In this document: piece by piece, positions 19,952-28,376 of the stretch
How the letters are laid out: every line of letters starts with the position of its first letter
Numbering within the stretch: position 1 is the stretch's first letter
From: an uncultured Spartobacteria bacterium
GTDB taxonomy: Bacteria; Verrucomicrobiota; Verrucomicrobiia; Chthoniobacterales; UBA6821
NCBI GenBank assembly: GCA_903933015.1
Contig: CAIZIQ010000282.1
Span: forward strand, 1 to 55,112
Reading direction: 5' to 3'
DNA: 55,112 bases
The notes under the pieces: generated by a model
Databases searched by the model: none
What the model was told of the DNA's origin: nothing
The model's input: the letters and a program-made list of their open reading frames with translations, nothing else
Made by a program: the position numbers and the translations under genes

Positions 19952-21595
19952 TTACGGTGCCGCTTCCGCAGTGATCTTTTGAAAGATCACCATCCTCTCA
20001 TTGATAAAATCGATGTGCCGGGGATAGCACCAGTGACCCTTGGGACGGGGTCGTGCGTAAGCATCGAAGATTTTGTGATATCCCAATTGGTCGCTTCCCA
20101 ACTGATGAAAATAGGTGTTTGCCCGGGGATCATCACTTCCCTTCAGGCTGGCTCCATCGATGCAGATATAATCGGGGTTTCTCTTCTTCAAACCCTGTTC
20201 GGTGAACGTCTCGTCATCATACTGTGATTGAAAGGTTCGATTTCCCTCGTTGATAAGAGGGTCATTATCTAAAAGCTCGAGAAACTTACCACCGTGATCC
20301 CCGGGCCACGGCATATTCATCACGCGCACATCCACCCCGAGTCGATCCCACCGGGGGGAGTGATGGTTCTCCACCAAGGCTCCTTTCGTGAAATTACTCA
20401 TGGCGAAGAGCTGGGCTTTCATCCGCGGATCCTCCATGAACGCGTTGCCCATTTCGACACAGCACAGGATGTTGTAAACTAGGATCAGCGCCAACGGCAC
20501 CCAGACATCATTCCTTCGTGCATACCAACGTTGGATTCCCGGTGCTGCCATCAGCAGCAGGAAGGGTGTTGCGGGCAGGACAAAGCGAACAGGGAGCAGT
20601 GAAAACCTCCCGAAGAAAAGATAGTATGGCACAAAGACCGCCAACGCGGCGACGATCACCGCCCACTCCACCTTCGAAAGCGTTTTATCAACCGCGGCTT
20701 TGATCGTTCCGATCAGTGCCAGCAAAAGAAAGATGATTGCCGGCCAGCCGATGAGTTCCCGGAACGAAAGGAAAAAGTTGACGAAGTTGTGACGCTTAGC
20801 TTCTCCCCCATAAACAGGCGTCGTCAGAAAATTGTAGAGGAAGCCCTGATAAAAATTGTGGAAGTCGAAGACACATCCCGGATTGCCGGCAAAAAATCCA
20901 AGAAAGGATCCCAGTATTCCCGCCAGGATCTGCCAGTAGCTGAAGGCTCGCCAACCCTGCATGGAAATCACGGCCGCAGGCAGGGCGGCGGCCACAATAA
21001 TCCCGTTGTATTTGTCAGCCCCCGCTAATCCGGCAAGCACGCCTGCCAATAATCCATGGGAAATTTTCCCAGACACACCGGCAAGGAGGGAAAGGGCAAA
21101 CGAAGCCGTCATCCAGAAAACCAAGGGGGCATCGGCTGTGCCGAAATGATTATACTCCAAAAGGCCGGCACTGGTTCCGGCAATCAGGGTGATGACAGCC
21201 GCTGATTGGGAGCCGCAAAACTTCCTGCAAATCCCATACAGCAGCGCAATGGTTGCACAAAAAAGAAGGATCGTAAGCATTCTCGAGGCGAGCAGTTCGA
21301 TCGAGTCATGTTCCTTCACACTCCAATTAAGGGCCTTTGATACAAATCCTAGTGGGTTGATTATCAGTAGTTTATTAATGTATGTATCCAGGGGTGGTTT
21401 TAGGTACCCATCGACGGGAAAACCTTTTGCATCAAGTTCACGGAAAGCCATTTGGTCTGCATTCCAGTCCTCCACCCTCCCCCATTGAATGCCCAACAGA
21501 GAAAGTCCAAACGCCAGGAACAAAGCCACAAAGAGAGGTGTGTATCCTGTAAAAAAACTGCGTGTTTGATGTTTTACCACAAGCCCATCAGACAT
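19952..21595 (-). CDS. GT-C fold membrane glycosyltransferase (GT39/ArnT/PMT-like) with C-terminal soluble domain
   Basis: About 547 aa with at least 10 predicted TM helices. An acidic first-loop segment (WGRVEDWNADQMAFRE) follows the first helix. The C-terminal roughly 150 aa are hydrophilic. The start is at 21595 or 21616. GC is markedly lower than in neighbouring genes. Confidence 0.6.
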   Translation of the reverse strand: MSDGLVVKHQTRSFFTGYTPLFVALFLAFGLSLLGIQWGRVEDWNADQMAFRELDAKGFPVDGYLKPPLDTYINKLLIINPLGFVSKALNWSVKEHDSIELLASRMLTILLFCATIALLYGICRKFCGSQSAAVITLIAGTSAGLLEYNHFGTADAPLVFWMTASFALSLLAGVSGKISHGLLAGVLAGLAGADKYNGIIVAAALPAAVISMQGWRAFSYWQILAGILGSFLGFFAGNPGCVFDFHNFYQGFLYNFLTTPVYGGEAKRHNFVNFFLSFRELIGWPAIIFLLLALIGTIKAAVDKTLSKVEWAVIVAALAVFVPYYLFFGRFSLLPVRFVLPATPFLLLMAAPGIQRWYARRNDVWVPLALILVYNILCCVEMGNAFMEDPRMKAQLFAMSNFTKGALVENHHSPRWDRLGVDVRVMNMPWPGDHGGKFLELLDNDPLINEGNRTFQSQYDDETFTEQGLKKRNPDYICIDGASLKGSDDPRANTYFHQLGSDQLGYHKIFDAYARPRPKGHWCYPRHIDFINERMVIFQKITAEAAP

Positions 21596-21738
21596 GAATT
21601 CCTCCACTCCGAGCAAGGAGCAAAAGGATCATGTGGGTTTTCTCCGCGTCTACACTTTTTCCCTGTTGCCCTCCAAAGGGCGAACGGAGTAAATGAGCCC
21701 ATATCAACCGAGCCACCTTTCCGTTTATTAAATCCTTT

Positions 21739-22887
21739 TTGTCTGATCATTTAAAACTCGGTGTCGGCCTTTGGGTGCTCTTTGGCCTGATTGTGGGAAC
21801 GCTCGTTGCGATCCAACCTGATAAGCGAACCGTGACGACGGAATATCGCCAAGCTTCCGAAAAATGGTGGGGTGCCTCGGAAAGCCTCTACGACTTACGC
21901 ATCGCGGGGGCTGGTTATCTCTACCTGCCTCAGGCGGCCATCCTTTACACGCCGTATCAGGTGCTTCCCAAGCGCGTTGGCGAGCCGCTCTGGCGTCTGA
22001 CCTGTCTCGCCCTCCTGGCCGCTGGACTCTGGCGGGTCGCCGGATTGATGGATCCGGAGCGGCAGTCTTCCGTTTTTCTCGGAGCAACCCTCATGGTGAT
22101 ACCCGCTGCGCTCTCGAGCGCTCGGAACGGCCAGGTCAATCTCCCGCTGGCGGGCCTTCTTCTCCTGTCGGTTGCCGACCTCTCAAAATGCCGCTGGAAC
22201 CTGGCCACACTCTGGTTGCTCCTCTCAATCATGCTCAAGCCCATCGCGCTGGCACCGGCGCTATTGGCGGCCGCCTGCTATGCCCCGCTGAGACTCCGGT
22301 TGATCGGGGGATTTCTGCTCTGCCTGGCCGCTGCTTTTATCCATCCCTCCACGGAATATGTGGTGCGTGAGTACCATCGTTTCTGGATGAACTGCCTCTT
22401 GGCCGGACAACCCGGCAACCCCTATAGTGAGTTTTTCGGAATGCTCTGGATGGCGCATCTTCACCCCCATCAACCGGTGATCACGGCACTGCGTGCCTTG
22501 GCAGCGGGAGCAACGCTTTTCTTGTCATTGCAGGTGATGAAGCGCTTCCGGGGACAACCCTCACTGCAGGCATTCGGCGTGATGTTTCTCGCGGCACTCT
22601 TTCTGATGCTCTTCAATCCACGTACCGAGGAAAACTCCTATGTCATCCTCGCCGGATTCACGGCGTTGCTGGCTGCACGCGATCTCGTGCTGAAGGAAAA
22701 CCGACGCGGAATATGGCTGGCGGTTTTCTGTCTCTTTCTGGCCGTCGAGAACTTCGGGCCGATCTATCAACTGACCAGGATTTGGTTCAAACCCTTGCTC
22801 ACCGTGGGGCTTGTCACAGTCCTGTTGAGCGGACGATTCAAACTCCTGCAGCCGCGTCCAGTTTCAGAGACTGCACGCGGCGCCTGA
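21739..22887 (+). CDS. Polytopic membrane protein, GT87/DUF2029-like glycosyl(mannosyl)transferase
   Basis: A 382-aa ORF starting at TTG 21739 or GTG 21775. It is multi-TM throughout, with architecture and loop motifs like polyprenol-phosphate-sugar-dependent GT-C enzymes. The family call is tentative. Confidence 0.55.
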   Translation: MSDHLKLGVGLWVLFGLIVGTLVAIQPDKRTVTTEYRQASEKWWGASESLYDLRIAGAGYLYLPQAAILYTPYQVLPKRVGEPLWRLTCLALLAAGLWRVAGLMDPERQSSVFLGATLMVIPAALSSARNGQVNLPLAGLLLLSVADLSKCRWNLATLWLLLSIMLKPIALAPALLAAACYAPLRLRLIGGFLLCLAAAFIHPSTEYVVREYHRFWMNCLLAGQPGNPYSEFFGMLWMAHLHPHQPVITALRALAAGATLFLSLQVMKRFRGQPSLQAFGVMFLAALFLMLFNPRTEENSYVILAGFTALLAARDLVLKENRRGIWLAVFCLFLAVENFGPIYQLTRIWFKPLLTVGLVTVLLSGRFKLLQPRPVSETARGA

Positions 22888-23653
22888 TTCGGAAGACCTC
22901 CCGCGCCATGCGCGTGGAGTCGCGCAGGAGATGCACCTTGCTGCCGGCGACATCCTCCCAGTCGATGGGAAACTCCACCACATGCTGGCCTGATTTCAGG
23001 AGGAGGAGGAGCAACTCCACATCGAAGGCGAATCCGACGCTTTGCGTGAAGGGGCGGATTTTTTCGAAGGCCGCCGCAGTCAGGATCTTCAGTCCGCATT
23101 GGGTATCGTAGGCGGGAACTTGTGCCACGGTGGACACCAGTGTCGCAAAAATTCGCCCGCTGTAATGCCGGAGCATCTTCCGGTGAATGGTGCGACCCAT
23201 CATTTTGACCCGACTTCCGAAGAGCGCATCGATGGAGGGTAGGGAAGATCTCATGAACTTCTCCGCCCGGACAATCTCCCCCGCCGAAACCGCCCCGTCG
23301 GCATCGGCAAAAGCAAGCAGTTCGTACCCGGCTCGTTGCGACCATCCCCGTAAGACAGCCCCACCTTTGCCGGTGTTGGGATGATGCAGCAGCGGCTCGA
23401 GCAGTTCCGGACCATGTTGTCCGCGGCCCGTCATTTCCTGTCGCACGTCCAAGATAAGCGCCCGGATTCTGCCGACTTCCTCCGAGCCCGAACCATCTTC
23501 GGAGACAAGGATGGAGAAGTGAGCGGGCAGCGTGACTACCAAGTCCCTTAGGAAGGGTGCCAATCGGCTGGAATCCCTGAAATTGGGAATGACGAGTAGA
23601 GAGCGGCTCACGGAATATTTGGCGGTTGCCGCAAAACCTAACGCACCGACCAC
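22838..23653 (-). CDS. GT2-family glycosyltransferase (polyprenol-phosphate sugar synthase-like; DPM1/ArnC-like)
   Basis: A 271-aa ORF with the GT-A signature VIPNFRD ... VSEDGSGSEE ... LAFADADGA ... QCGLK. The overlapping 332-aa ORF in another frame (22767..23765) shows no such motifs. Confidence 0.85.
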   Translation of the reverse strand: MVGALGFAATAKYSVSRSLLVIPNFRDSSRLAPFLRDLVVTLPAHFSILVSEDGSGSEEVGRIRALILDVRQEMTGRGQHGPELLEPLLHHPNTGKGGAVLRGWSQRAGYELLAFADADGAVSAGEIVRAEKFMRSSLPSIDALFGSRVKMMGRTIHRKMLRHYSGRIFATLVSTVAQVPAYDTQCGLKILTAAAFEKIRPFTQSVGFAFDVELLLLLLKSGQHVVEFPIDWEDVAGSKVHLLRDSTRMAREVFRIRRRVQSLKLDAAAGV

Positions 23654-23729
23654 TCAACCCGCGAGAAGGATCGTCACGACTCCGATAACTACAGCCCTCC
23701 GGGCGAAAAGATTTTTTATATGGACCGCA

Positions 23730-23738
23730 GGAACTCAG
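23730..23738 (-). promoter_or_regulatory. Single copy of the CTGAGTTCC motif (minus-strand reading) upstream of the GT2 gene
   Basis: The reverse complement of 23711..23740 is TTCTGAGTTCC-TGCGGTCC-ATATAAAAAAT. It lies about 77 nt upstream of the GT2 start (23653) and has the same orientation logic as the other motif sites. Confidence 0.35.
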
Positions 23739-23843
23739 AACCAGCATGAGTATACTTTCCCTCATGACTGTGATGAAGCGTGATCACGTGCGGGTTGGGA
23801 GCTCGCCGACTCAACCGAGAATATCTTTTGTTGCTTTTCTCGT

Positions 23844-23863
23844 TTCCTGAGTTCCTGAGTTCC
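23844..23863 (+). promoter_or_regulatory. TTCCTGAG octamer x2.5 followed by ATATTCATTATTC, upstream of the M20 peptidase gene
   Basis: TTCCTGAGTTCCTGAGTTCC-ATATTCATT lies 72 nt upstream of ATG 23935. Confidence 0.5.
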
Positions 23864-23934
23864 ATATTCATTATTCTGCATCCGCATTGCCCCGTATCTC
23901 TTTATCTTAATTTCACCCACCCTAGATTTCCGTT

Positions 23935-25287
23935 ATGCCTGCACCGATGGAACCTCTTGAAGAGCTGAAAGCCTTCCTCCGTTTTCAAAGCATCTCCACG
24001 CAGCCCGAGCATGCGCCTGATCTCACCTCCTGCGCTGAATGGCTCAGGAATAAACTCATGGCCATCGGACTGAATGCCAAGGTCCATGCAACATCCGGCT
24101 CGCCCGTTGTGGTTGCCTCGACGCCGCGGGATCCCGCCAAACGGACCGTTCTGATCTACGGCCACTACGACGTGCAGCCGCCCGACCCGCTGCAAGGCTG
24201 GACGACACCACCCTTCGAGCCCCGTGTCGAGGCGGGCCGTATCTATGCCCGTGGCGCCGCCGATAACAAGGGACAGATCCTGGCCCATATCCTCGGGGTG
24301 GCTGAGACGCTCGGAGAGAAGGGCTCCCTGCCGGTCAATGTCATCTTTCTGATCGAGGGTGAGGAGGAGATCGGTAGTCCCAACCTCGCCGATTTCCTAC
24401 GGGCTCATAAGGAAGACCTCGCCTGCGATTTGGTGGCGATCTCCGACACCGCGATGGCGCCCGGCAATCAACCGGCTCTGACCTATGCGCTGCGCGGGAT
24501 TGCCGCGATGGAACTCCTCGTCCGTGGCCCGGCACGCGATCTCCATAGTGGTCTCTTCGGAGGTGCCGTGGCGAATCCCGCCACCGTTCTCGCCCGCCTA
24601 CTGGCATCCCTCCATGATGCCGAGGGTCGCGTACTGATTCCCGGATTCTACGATGCCGTGCGGCCGCTGGAGCCTTGGGAGCGTGATGCGGCCGCTGATT
24701 TGGAAAAGGCCTCCGGAGGAGATGCCGCGATCAAGGAACTGGCCGGCGTCTCGGAACTGGTCGGGGAGAAGGGATTCACCACGATCGAGCGGATCGGGGC
24801 GCGTCCCACCGCCGAGGTCAACGGCATCGGTGGCGGCTATCAGGGAGAGGGAACCAAGACTGTCCTGCCCAAGGAAGCCTTTGCCAAGCTGACCTTCCGT
24901 CTGGTTGCCGATCAGGATCCGGAGGTGATTCTCACGGCTGCCGAGGAGTATCTACGCTCGCAAACACCTCCAGGAGTTCTACTTGAGGTTGTTACCGGTC
25001 ATTCTGGCGATGCCTACCAGTCCGACCCTCATTCCCCGGATGGGCTGGCTGCTCGCAAGGCACTGGCGGGTGCCTTCGGAGCCGAACCCCTCCTCCTGCG
25101 TGACGGGGGGAGCATACCGATTTTGGCCACGCTCAAGGAGATCCTCGGCGTCGATTCCTACCTGCTCGGCCTTGCCAACCCCGACTCCCGCATCCACTCG
25201 CCGGACGAAAACATGCTGATAGAAAACTTCCTCGGGGGGATTCGAATGAACCGGATCCTCTTGGAAGAGTTGGGTAAGGCTGGCTGA
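23935..25287 (+). CDS. M20-family metallopeptidase (dipeptidase / ArgE-DapE-CPG2 superfamily)
   Basis: A 450-aa ORF with typical M20 dipeptidase motifs: YGHYDVQP, ARGAADNKGQ, IEGEEEIGS and PDSRIHSPDE. Confidence 0.85.
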   Translation: MPAPMEPLEELKAFLRFQSISTQPEHAPDLTSCAEWLRNKLMAIGLNAKVHATSGSPVVVASTPRDPAKRTVLIYGHYDVQPPDPLQGWTTPPFEPRVEAGRIYARGAADNKGQILAHILGVAETLGEKGSLPVNVIFLIEGEEEIGSPNLADFLRAHKEDLACDLVAISDTAMAPGNQPALTYALRGIAAMELLVRGPARDLHSGLFGGAVANPATVLARLLASLHDAEGRVLIPGFYDAVRPLEPWERDAAADLEKASGGDAAIKELAGVSELVGEKGFTTIERIGARPTAEVNGIGGGYQGEGTKTVLPKEAFAKLTFRLVADQDPEVILTAAEEYLRSQTPPGVLLEVVTGHSGDAYQSDPHSPDGLAARKALAGAFGAEPLLLRDGGSIPILATLKEILGVDSYLLGLANPDSRIHSPDENMLIENFLGGIRMNRILLEELGKAG

Positions 25288-25366
25288 AGATTTTGATTGT
25301 GGAATTCGGGCAACACGGTTGCGAAGCCACTGCAAGCAAAAGCTGGAAAATAAACCCCACCAAAAA

Positions 25367-25386
25367 TTCCTGAGTTTCTGAGTTCC
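25367..25386 (+). promoter_or_regulatory. TTCCTGAG-like octamer x2.5 (one T substitution) followed by ATATTAATTTCTCC, upstream of the CysJ-like gene
   Basis: TTCCTGAGTTTCTGAGTTCC-ATATTAATTTC lies 81 nt upstream of ATG 25467. Confidence 0.5.
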
Positions 25387-25466
25387 ATATTAATTTCTCC
25401 GTCTTTGGCCCAGAGGTTGCTTCTCTGTTGGCTTGAACCTAATCACCAACCTTTTATTCTGCACCG

Positions 25467-26612
25467 ATGTCCGCTGATCCCAACGCTCTCTATTCCCGCA
25501 AAAATCCTTTTCCCGCAAAGCTCAAGACGAACCGCAAGCTGACCGCCGAGGGGTCGGCCAAGGACACGCGTCACTTCGAAATCGATCTCTCCGGTTCCGG
25601 TCTTGCCTACGAAGTTGGTGATTCCCTCGGTGTCTTCCCAACCAACAATCCTGCTCTCGTGCAGGAGATCCTCAGCGTCCTCGGCTTCAGCGGGGAGGAG
25701 CAGGTGCCCGATCCGAACGGCAACAGCGTTTCCATCCGCGAGGCCCTTTCCTCGCACTATGTGATCACTCAAAAGGATAAGAAGCTCCTGGCGGCCATCG
25801 CTGAGAAGGATCCCTCTGCGGCTCACTTTGTCCCGATGACGACGCCCGAAGGCAAGGCGGAGCTGGATGCTTATCTCTGGGGTCGCGAAGTCATCGATCC
25901 GCTGCTGGCTCATCCTGCCGCCAAGTTCACGCCCGAGGAGTTCGTGAAGTGCCTGCGCAAGCTGCAGCCCCGTCTCTACTCGATCGCTTCATCCCAAAAG
26001 GCTCATAACTCCGAGGTCCATCTGACAGTGGCCGCCGTCCGTTACGAGAGCAATGGACGCCCGCGCGAGGGTGTCTGCTCGACCTTCCTCGCCGACCGGG
26101 CCGACACCGCTCCCGTGCCCGTCTTCGTGCATACGGCCAAGCATTTCCGGGTTCCCGAGGATCTCTCGACCCCCGTGATCATGGTGGGACCCGGTACCGG
26201 CATCGCTCCCTTCATGGCCTTCCTGCAGGAACGCAAGGTCTCCGGCGCCACGGGCAAGAACTGGCTCTTTTTTGGCGACCAGAAAGCCGCAACCGATTTC
26301 CTCTACCGCGAGGAACTCGAGGCCTGGCAGAAGGAAGGAGTGCTGCACAAGCTCTCCACTGCCTTCTCGCGTGATCAATCCGAGAAGATCTATGTCCAGC
26401 ACCGGATGCTGGAGGCTGCCGAGGAACTCTACGCATGGCTGGAGCAAGGAGGCTACTTCTACATTTGCGGCGATGCCTCGCGCATGGCCAAGGATGTCGA
26501 TGCCGCCCTGCACCAAGTCGTCGAGAAGGCCGGCGGCAAATCCCCCGAGGAGGCCGCCGCCTACGTCGAGGAGCTCAAGAAGTCGAAGCGCTACCGCAAG
26601 GATGTGTACTAG
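25467..26612 (+). CDS. FNR-like FAD/NADPH oxidoreductase (CysJ / diflavin-reductase C-terminal module without a flavodoxin domain)
   Basis: A 381-aa ORF with RLYSIASS (FAD-binding), GVCSTFL, MVGPGTGIAPF, YVQHRM, FYICGD and C-terminal KRYRKDVY, as in sulfite reductase alpha-subunit FAD/NAD domains. No FMN domain is present. Confidence 0.85.
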   Translation: MSADPNALYSRKNPFPAKLKTNRKLTAEGSAKDTRHFEIDLSGSGLAYEVGDSLGVFPTNNPALVQEILSVLGFSGEEQVPDPNGNSVSIREALSSHYVITQKDKKLLAAIAEKDPSAAHFVPMTTPEGKAELDAYLWGREVIDPLLAHPAAKFTPEEFVKCLRKLQPRLYSIASSQKAHNSEVHLTVAAVRYESNGRPREGVCSTFLADRADTAPVPVFVHTAKHFRVPEDLSTPVIMVGPGTGIAPFMAFLQERKVSGATGKNWLFFGDQKAATDFLYREELEAWQKEGVLHKLSTAFSRDQSEKIYVQHRMLEAAEELYAWLEQGGYFYICGDASRMAKDVDAALHQVVEKAGGKSPEEAAAYVEELKKSKRYRKDVY

Positions 26613-26678
26613 GGGCGGGCCTGCTTCCTTAGTCCATCAGGCTTCTGTCAGCTATCCTATCGATCACCTATCATTCCC

Positions 26679-28079
26679 GTGAGTAAATCCCCCGCCCGCC
26701 GCGTCCATTTCCTCGGTATCTGCGGCACGGCGATGGGAGCCGTCGCGGCAGGCATGAAGGAGCAGGGGTGGATCGTCACCGGTTCGGACAATCAGGCCTA
26801 CCCGCCGATGAGTGACTTCCTCTCCTCGCGCGGGATCGAGGTCTTCTCCGGATTCCGTCCCGAGAATCTGCCTAAGGAAGAGGCCCTCATCGTGGTGGGT
26901 AACGCCATCTCTCGCGGCAATCCCGAGGTCGAAGCCGTGCTGAACCGGAAGCTCAATTATGCCTCGCTACCCGAGGTGCTTCGCGCCCATTTTTTGCGCA
27001 GCCGCCATAACATCGTCATCACCGGCACCCACGGAAAAACCACCACGACCTCCATGACAGCATGGATCCTGGAATATGCGGGGAGGAACCCTTCCTACCT
27101 GATCGGCGGCATCCCGGCGAATCTCGGGCAGGGTGCCTGCCTGCGCGATGAGACGCTCTCTCGGCATTTCGTCATCGAGGGAGACGAGTACGATACCGCC
27201 TTCTTCGACAAGCGATCCAAGTTCCTGCACTACCTTCCTGAGCTCGTTGTCGTGAACAACATCGAGTTCGACCACGCCGATATCTTTGAGAACCTCGAGG
27301 CCATCAAACTCAGCTTCCGTAGGCTCCTGAATGTCGTCCCCTCCGAGGGAATGGTACTCATCAATGCAGATGATCCGAATTGTCGCGATGTCGCGAAAAA
27401 CTGCCAGGCACCGATCGTCGAGGTGGGCTTCTCGGAAAATGCCGGCAACCGGATCCTGAATCCTTGGCAAAAGGATGGGCGCAGCGGGTTCGAGCTTTTC
27501 GGCGACAAATTCGAGATCCCGATGTCAGGCGAGTTCAATATCCGTAACGCCGCGATGGCGGTCTCGGCAGCGCATTTCTATGGCATTCCAACCTCGGTTA
27601 TCCGGGAGGCGCTCCTCCAGTTCCGGGGAATCAAGCGACGCCAGGAAGTCCGTGGTGTGGTGGGTGGCATCACCATCATCGACGACTTCGGTCATCACCC
27701 GACGGCAATCCGCCAGACCCTGGAGGGGCTCTCGAAACACTACACTGGTTCTCGCCTCTGGGCCCTTTTCGAGCCGCGCTCCAATACGACGCGGCGTGCT
27801 ATCTTCCAAGAAGAGTTTCCGAAAGCCTTTGGAGCAGCTCATGGTGTCGTCATCGGGGAAGTGAATCGAGCGGCCGATCTGAAACCTGAGGAGCGCCTGG
27901 ATGCGGATCGCCTCGTGGCCGATCTCGTGAAAGCCGGTAAGCCTGCCTTTCACGAACCCTCCGCCGACAGAATCATCGAGAAGCTCCGTCCCCAGTTACA
28001 GAAGGGGGACGTCCTTGTGGTGCTCAGCAACGGCGCATTCGACGGGCTGCACGGCAAGCTTCTGTCAGCCCTAGCCTGA
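26679..28079 (+). CDS. mpl: UDP-N-acetylmuramate:L-alanyl-gamma-D-glutamyl-meso-diaminopimelate ligase (murein peptide ligase)
   Basis: A 466-aa ORF with a GTG start. The N-terminus VHFLGICGTAMGAVA...VTGSDNQAYPPMSDFL mirrors the Mpl signature. It also has the Mur-ligase P-loop TGTHGKTTTT. Confidence 0.88.
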   Translation: MSKSPARRVHFLGICGTAMGAVAAGMKEQGWIVTGSDNQAYPPMSDFLSSRGIEVFSGFRPENLPKEEALIVVGNAISRGNPEVEAVLNRKLNYASLPEVLRAHFLRSRHNIVITGTHGKTTTTSMTAWILEYAGRNPSYLIGGIPANLGQGACLRDETLSRHFVIEGDEYDTAFFDKRSKFLHYLPELVVVNNIEFDHADIFENLEAIKLSFRRLLNVVPSEGMVLINADDPNCRDVAKNCQAPIVEVGFSENAGNRILNPWQKDGRSGFELFGDKFEIPMSGEFNIRNAAMAVSAAHFYGIPTSVIREALLQFRGIKRRQEVRGVVGGITIIDDFGHHPTAIRQTLEGLSKHYTGSRLWALFEPRSNTTRRAIFQEEFPKAFGAAHGVVIGEVNRAADLKPEERLDADRLVADLVKAGKPAFHEPSADRIIEKLRPQLQKGDVLVVLSNGAFDGLHGKLLSALA

Positions 28080-28096
28080 GCCCGACACTGCCCTCG

Positions 28097-28360
28097 ATGA
28101 ACGGCTGCCGCATCGAGATCAAGGCGGTGCCGAATGCGCCGAAAAGCGAAGTGATCGGGTGGCTTGGCGATGCACTGAAGGTGAAAATTCATGCCCCACC
28201 CGTCGAGGGGAAAGCCAATCAGGTTCTCTGTGAGTTTCTTGCCGGGGAGCTCCATCTCCCCAAACGTGCCGTGAAGCTCTTTCAAGGAGACACCTCCCGG
28301 AAGAAAGTGGTGGCGATCGAGGGCATGACCCGTGAGCAGGTGGTGGAGATGCTGCTCTAA
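28097..28360 (+). CDS. DUF167 (YggU) family protein
   Basis: An 87-aa ORF with a typical DUF167 pattern: VKIHAPPVEGKAN ... LAGELHLPKRAVKLFQGDTSRKKVVAIEG. Confidence 0.85.
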   Translation: MNGCRIEIKAVPNAPKSEVIGWLGDALKVKIHAPPVEGKANQVLCEFLAGELHLPKRAVKLFQGDTSRKKVVAIEGMTREQVVEMLL

Positions 28361-28376
28361 TCCCAAGGAAGCGCAG

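Noticed and set aside
22767-23765. A 332-aa minus-strand ORF overlapping the GT2 gene in another frame
   Set aside because: Its translation is Arg/Gly/Cys-rich with no motifs. The 271-aa frame (22838..23653) contains the GT-A DxD-type signature and is the real gene.
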